A DNA stretch of 64,000 bases from Gammaproteobacteria bacterium (lineage in GTDB: Bacteria > Pseudomonadota > Gammaproteobacteria > Ga0077536). Where the stretch lies: NCBI GenBank assembly GCA_047611905.1, contig JBLFWZ010000001.1, positions 15,455 through 79,454 on the forward strand. Reading direction: 5' to 3'. The notes beneath the pieces were generated by a model, which saw only the letters and a program-made list of their open reading frames with translations, was not told the DNA's origin and did not search any database. The position numbers and the translations under genes were made by a program. Shown here one piece after another: positions 61,668-64,000 of the stretch (its first letter is position 1; every line of letters begins with the position of its first letter).

Positions 61668-62732
61668 CTACTGCGGGCCACTCGGCCTCGATTCCGTATC
61701 GTATTCTGTGAACGGCGATTCAATCGCTTGTATGTCGCTGATTAAGTCGGCTGGCAAATCGGACTGTATTTCGGAGCTCGTGCTCGCGTAAATGGTATCG
61801 CTGGCGCCACCAAAACGCTGTTTAATTGCGCCGGCAATTTCATCGTGTCGGCCGATGGCCGCAAAAAGACGCACCATGTCGTCCGATATTTCCGCTGCGA
61901 TTTTGTCCCATTGCCCGGCCTTGGTCATTTGATTTAATTTTCGCCCGAGATCGCCTTCGTCGTGTGCCTCTAGCACTGGCCAATACGCGGGGGTCGAGCC
62001 ATAAAACGCAATTCTGTAGCGAACCCATTCGATAGACTTAGCCACTGATTCGTCGTCTGAACCGGTTGCCAAAAACCCGCCGCCACCAATTTCAAAATTC
62101 TCGCGTTTGCGTTCCGCTTTGCTCAGGCCCGCAGCGAGGCGCGGCAATACAATGTCGTCCAAGTATTTCCTTGTGCAAAAAGGATGCAGCCGCACACCGT
62201 CGGCGACTTCTGCGCTCAGGCTTAACATCGCAGGTCCGACTGCGGCCAAGGTAACTGCCGGGAGTTTGAGTCCGGATTTCTCGGGCACGAAATTTGGGAT
62301 CATCAAAGTGAACCGATAATGCTTACCGACGAAACCCAGCGGTTCGTCGTACTTCCAAGTACGCCAAATCGCGCGCAATGCTTGGACGTATTCGCGCATC
62401 CTTGGTGCAGGAGCAGTCCACGGAACGCTGAAGCGCTTCTCGTTGTGCGCTCTAATCTGGGTGCCGAGGCCAAGTACGAACCGTCCGCCTGAGGCTTCGT
62501 TTAAATCCCAGGTGAGATTGGCGGTCGACATTGGCGATCGTAAAAACGATATCGCAATGCCAGTAGATAACTCGACCTTATTCGTACAGGTGGCGGCCAC
62601 CGCCAGCGGTAAAAATGGATCATGGCGATTTTCCAATGTCATGATGCCGTCATAACCAGCATGCTCGATCGCCGTCGCGGCGGGAAAAACGGCACGTAAA
62701 TTGTGTTGCGGGATGGTCGTGGTTATTCGCAT
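61668..62732 (-). CDS. LLM-class flavin/F420-type luciferase-like oxidoreductase
   Basis: Start ATG 62732 (MRITTTIPQHN...), which avoids overlap with the upstream gene; LLM TIM-barrel motifs. Confidence 0.75.
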   Translation of the reverse strand: MRITTTIPQHNLRAVFPAATAIEHAGYDGIMTLENRHDPFLPLAVAATCTNKVELSTGIAISFLRSPMSTANLTWDLNEASGGRFVLGLGTQIRAHNEKRFSVPWTAPAPRMREYVQALRAIWRTWKYDEPLGFVGKHYRFTLMIPNFVPEKSGLKLPAVTLAAVGPAMLSLSAEVADGVRLHPFCTRKYLDDIVLPRLAAGLSKAERKRENFEIGGGGFLATGSDDESVAKSIEWVRYRIAFYGSTPAYWPVLEAHDEGDLGRKLNQMTKAGQWDKIAAEISDDMVRLFAAIGRHDEIAGAIKQRFGGASDTIYASTSSEIQSDLPADLISDIQAIESPFTEYDTESRPSGPQ

Positions 62733-62844
62733 TGTCTGTCCACTCGATGATGTGTCTAAAGTATTGTGACGAGTCTCCGGGTCGTGCGCAATTTCCAACG
62801 TACTTCGAACACTGGTCGCTATTGTTTCGTCGAATTCGCGGCCG

Positions 62845-64000
62845 TTATTGGGACAAGTTTTCGACACTATCCGCTTCGATAATTTCTTGTTTCGCGTTGT
62901 CGATTTTTGCATCTGAACCAAACCAGCGATGCTTTACGTTGCCGATCAATCCCGAAATTGGACGCGTAATTCCGCCCTTAATGGTTGCATCGCTAGCACG
63001 CTGGATAATCTCGGCGAAATTGGATTCAGGTGCCGCCGCGGATCCTGTGATCTTGATTTCCGGACCTTTCCAATAGTCGAATTTGTCCTGTTCGTCGCGT
63101 AAAAGATTTAGGCTGTACAAAATCGCCGCGCCTTTTCCAGTCATGTTTAAACTTGCTTCGAGATCCATTGGACTGTCGACGATATCTTTTCCGTCAGCAT
63201 GTTCGATGGTCCCCGTTGCCGCGATGCGGATATCCGGACTCAACATTTCGACTCGTTCAATGACCAGATCGAGGGAAGTGTCTCGTTTTATTCGAATGTC
63301 TACGGAATCGTAATCGATTTCCGCTATGTAATTGACCAGGCGTGAGACAGCGCCGGCACCAAAGCCACCCGTTGGTAAGTACGATAATCCCTCCCCGACG
63401 AATCCCAACGCGTCGGATGCGCCAATCATCAAGACACTATCGAGCGGCAACGGGCGAAACAATCCGTCCCGGCTATTCATACTCAGGTCCAGCAACAACT
63501 GATTTCGGAATTGTGCCGCATTCGGAGAATTTCCTCCGATCTTGATATCGACGCCAAACAAGCCTTCGATACGCGATTTCTTCGTTGGCAAAAGCTCACT
63601 AAAAAACTGGTTAAGATCGAAATCCTCGATTTTCCCAACGACATCGGCATCGTACGGGTTCGGCTGTTCAGGGCTAAAAGATAATCCGCCATTGATGGTT
63701 ATCGGGCTCTCGTGAAAATATGCCGCGAAGTTTATGAGTTCCAACACCTCGTCCCGCAGATTTGCTTGACCTGCAATTTCCGTTAACGCGACGTATTCGC
63801 TGTAGAACACGCGGTCGAATTCGAAGCTAAACCGTGTGTCATAGGGCAAGACATCCCAAAAGGCATTCTTGTCGGCCGCTTCGTCCAGTATCACAGGTCC
63901 CGATTGCGCATCAGATTCTGAAACGTTGTCCGGCTGGGTCGGAGATATGCTATCGATGGTCGCCAAGATATCGTTCAGATAGAAAACTGGACTGGTGGTT
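62845..64000 (-). CDS. AsmA-like / DUF748-like outer-membrane-associated protein, C-terminal part (gene continues beyond window)
   Basis: Open frame to the window edge; repetitive beta-rich composition resembling AsmA-family C-terminal regions; assignment weak. Confidence 0.4.
   Translation of the reverse strand, partial: TTSPVFYLNDILATIDSISPTQPDNVSESDAQSGPVILDEAADKNAFWDVLPYDTRFSFEFDRVFYSEYVALTEIAGQANLRDEVLELINFAAYFHESPITINGGLSFSPEQPNPYDADVVGKIEDFDLNQFFSELLPTKKSRIEGLFGVDIKIGGNSPNAAQFRNQLLLDLSMNSRDGLFRPLPLDSVLMIGASDALGFVGEGLSYLPTGGFGAGAVSRLVNYIAEIDYDSVDIRIKRDTSLDLVIERVEMLSPDIRIAATGTIEHADGKDIVDSPMDLEASLNMTGKGAAILYSLNLLRDEQDKFDYWKGPEIKITGSAAAPESNFAEIIQRASDATIKGGITRPISGLIGNVKHRWFGSDAKIDNAKQEIIEADSVENLSQ

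Overview
This 64 kb window reads as a bacterial chromosome segment, probably from a marine gammaproteobacterium. Genes are densely packed on both strands, and stop/start overlaps such as GTGA and ATGTGA occur between adjacent genes. All calls below come from reading the supplied ORF translations and the DNA by eye; no database search was run.

Content in order along the window:
- 1-5.7 kb: a ferritin-like protein, a D-aminoacylase-family amidohydrolase, a TetR regulator with a metal-dependent hydrolase, and a glutathione S-transferase.
- 5.8-12.4 kb: a clear cobalamin riboswitch with a terminator-type expression platform upstream of btuB, then cobQ, btuC, btuD and btuF. This is a vitamin B12 / corrinoid uptake and salvage operon.
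- 12.5-16.1 kb: a MarR/SDR pair followed by RidA, a thioesterase and an alpha/beta hydrolase.
- 16.2-18.3 kb: a large secreted protein with an N-terminal carboxypeptidase-regulatory-like domain, beta-propeller-like repeats and a single CxxCH haem motif.
- 19.2-21.5 kb: a DUF1329 protein and WrbA.
- 22.0-23.5 kb: one reading frame encoding a signal peptide, three tandem phage-tail-collar domains and a PEP-CTERM-like anchor. It is broken by two in-frame stop codons.
- 23.7-27.1 kb: a second glutathione S-transferase, a DRE-TIM (HMGL-like) protein and a secreted bicupin.
- 27.7-39.5 kb: an aromatic or indole acid catabolic cluster. It contains iorB/iorA, a cyclase (kynurenine-formamidase-like), a fused FAD-monooxygenase plus old-yellow-enzyme protein of the salicylyl-CoA 5-hydroxylase type, an Lrp regulator, a TPP-dependent decarboxylase-like enzyme, a CitE-like CoA-ester lyase and an acyl-CoA dehydrogenase.
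- 40.2-41.2 kb: a decayed IS1182-family transposase remnant.
- 41.5-45.6 kb: a visibly GC-richer block containing an EEP-family phosphoesterase, a class-I aminotransferase, a 104-aa microprotein and a membrane-anchored LicD-family phosphotransferase. The last three are translationally coupled.
- 45.6-47.5 kb: a gene graveyard with an amidohydrolase C-terminal fragment, a regulator N-terminal fragment and a perfect 37-bp tandem duplication.
- 47.5-64.0 kb: mainly redox and housekeeping genes. These include four luciferase-like (LLM) oxidoreductases, one of them frameshifted, a quinone oxidoreductase, a NYN/OST-HTH protein, OsmC, GNATs, a rhomboid protease, a CaiB-type CoA transferase, a GIY-YIG protein and an HDOD-like protein. 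They also include a VOC protein, a PPOX-class protein, an FrhB-like Fe-S flavoprotein next to a Tat-secreted HiPIP, a small lipoprotein and a partial AsmA-like protein.

No rRNA, tRNA or CRISPR array was seen.
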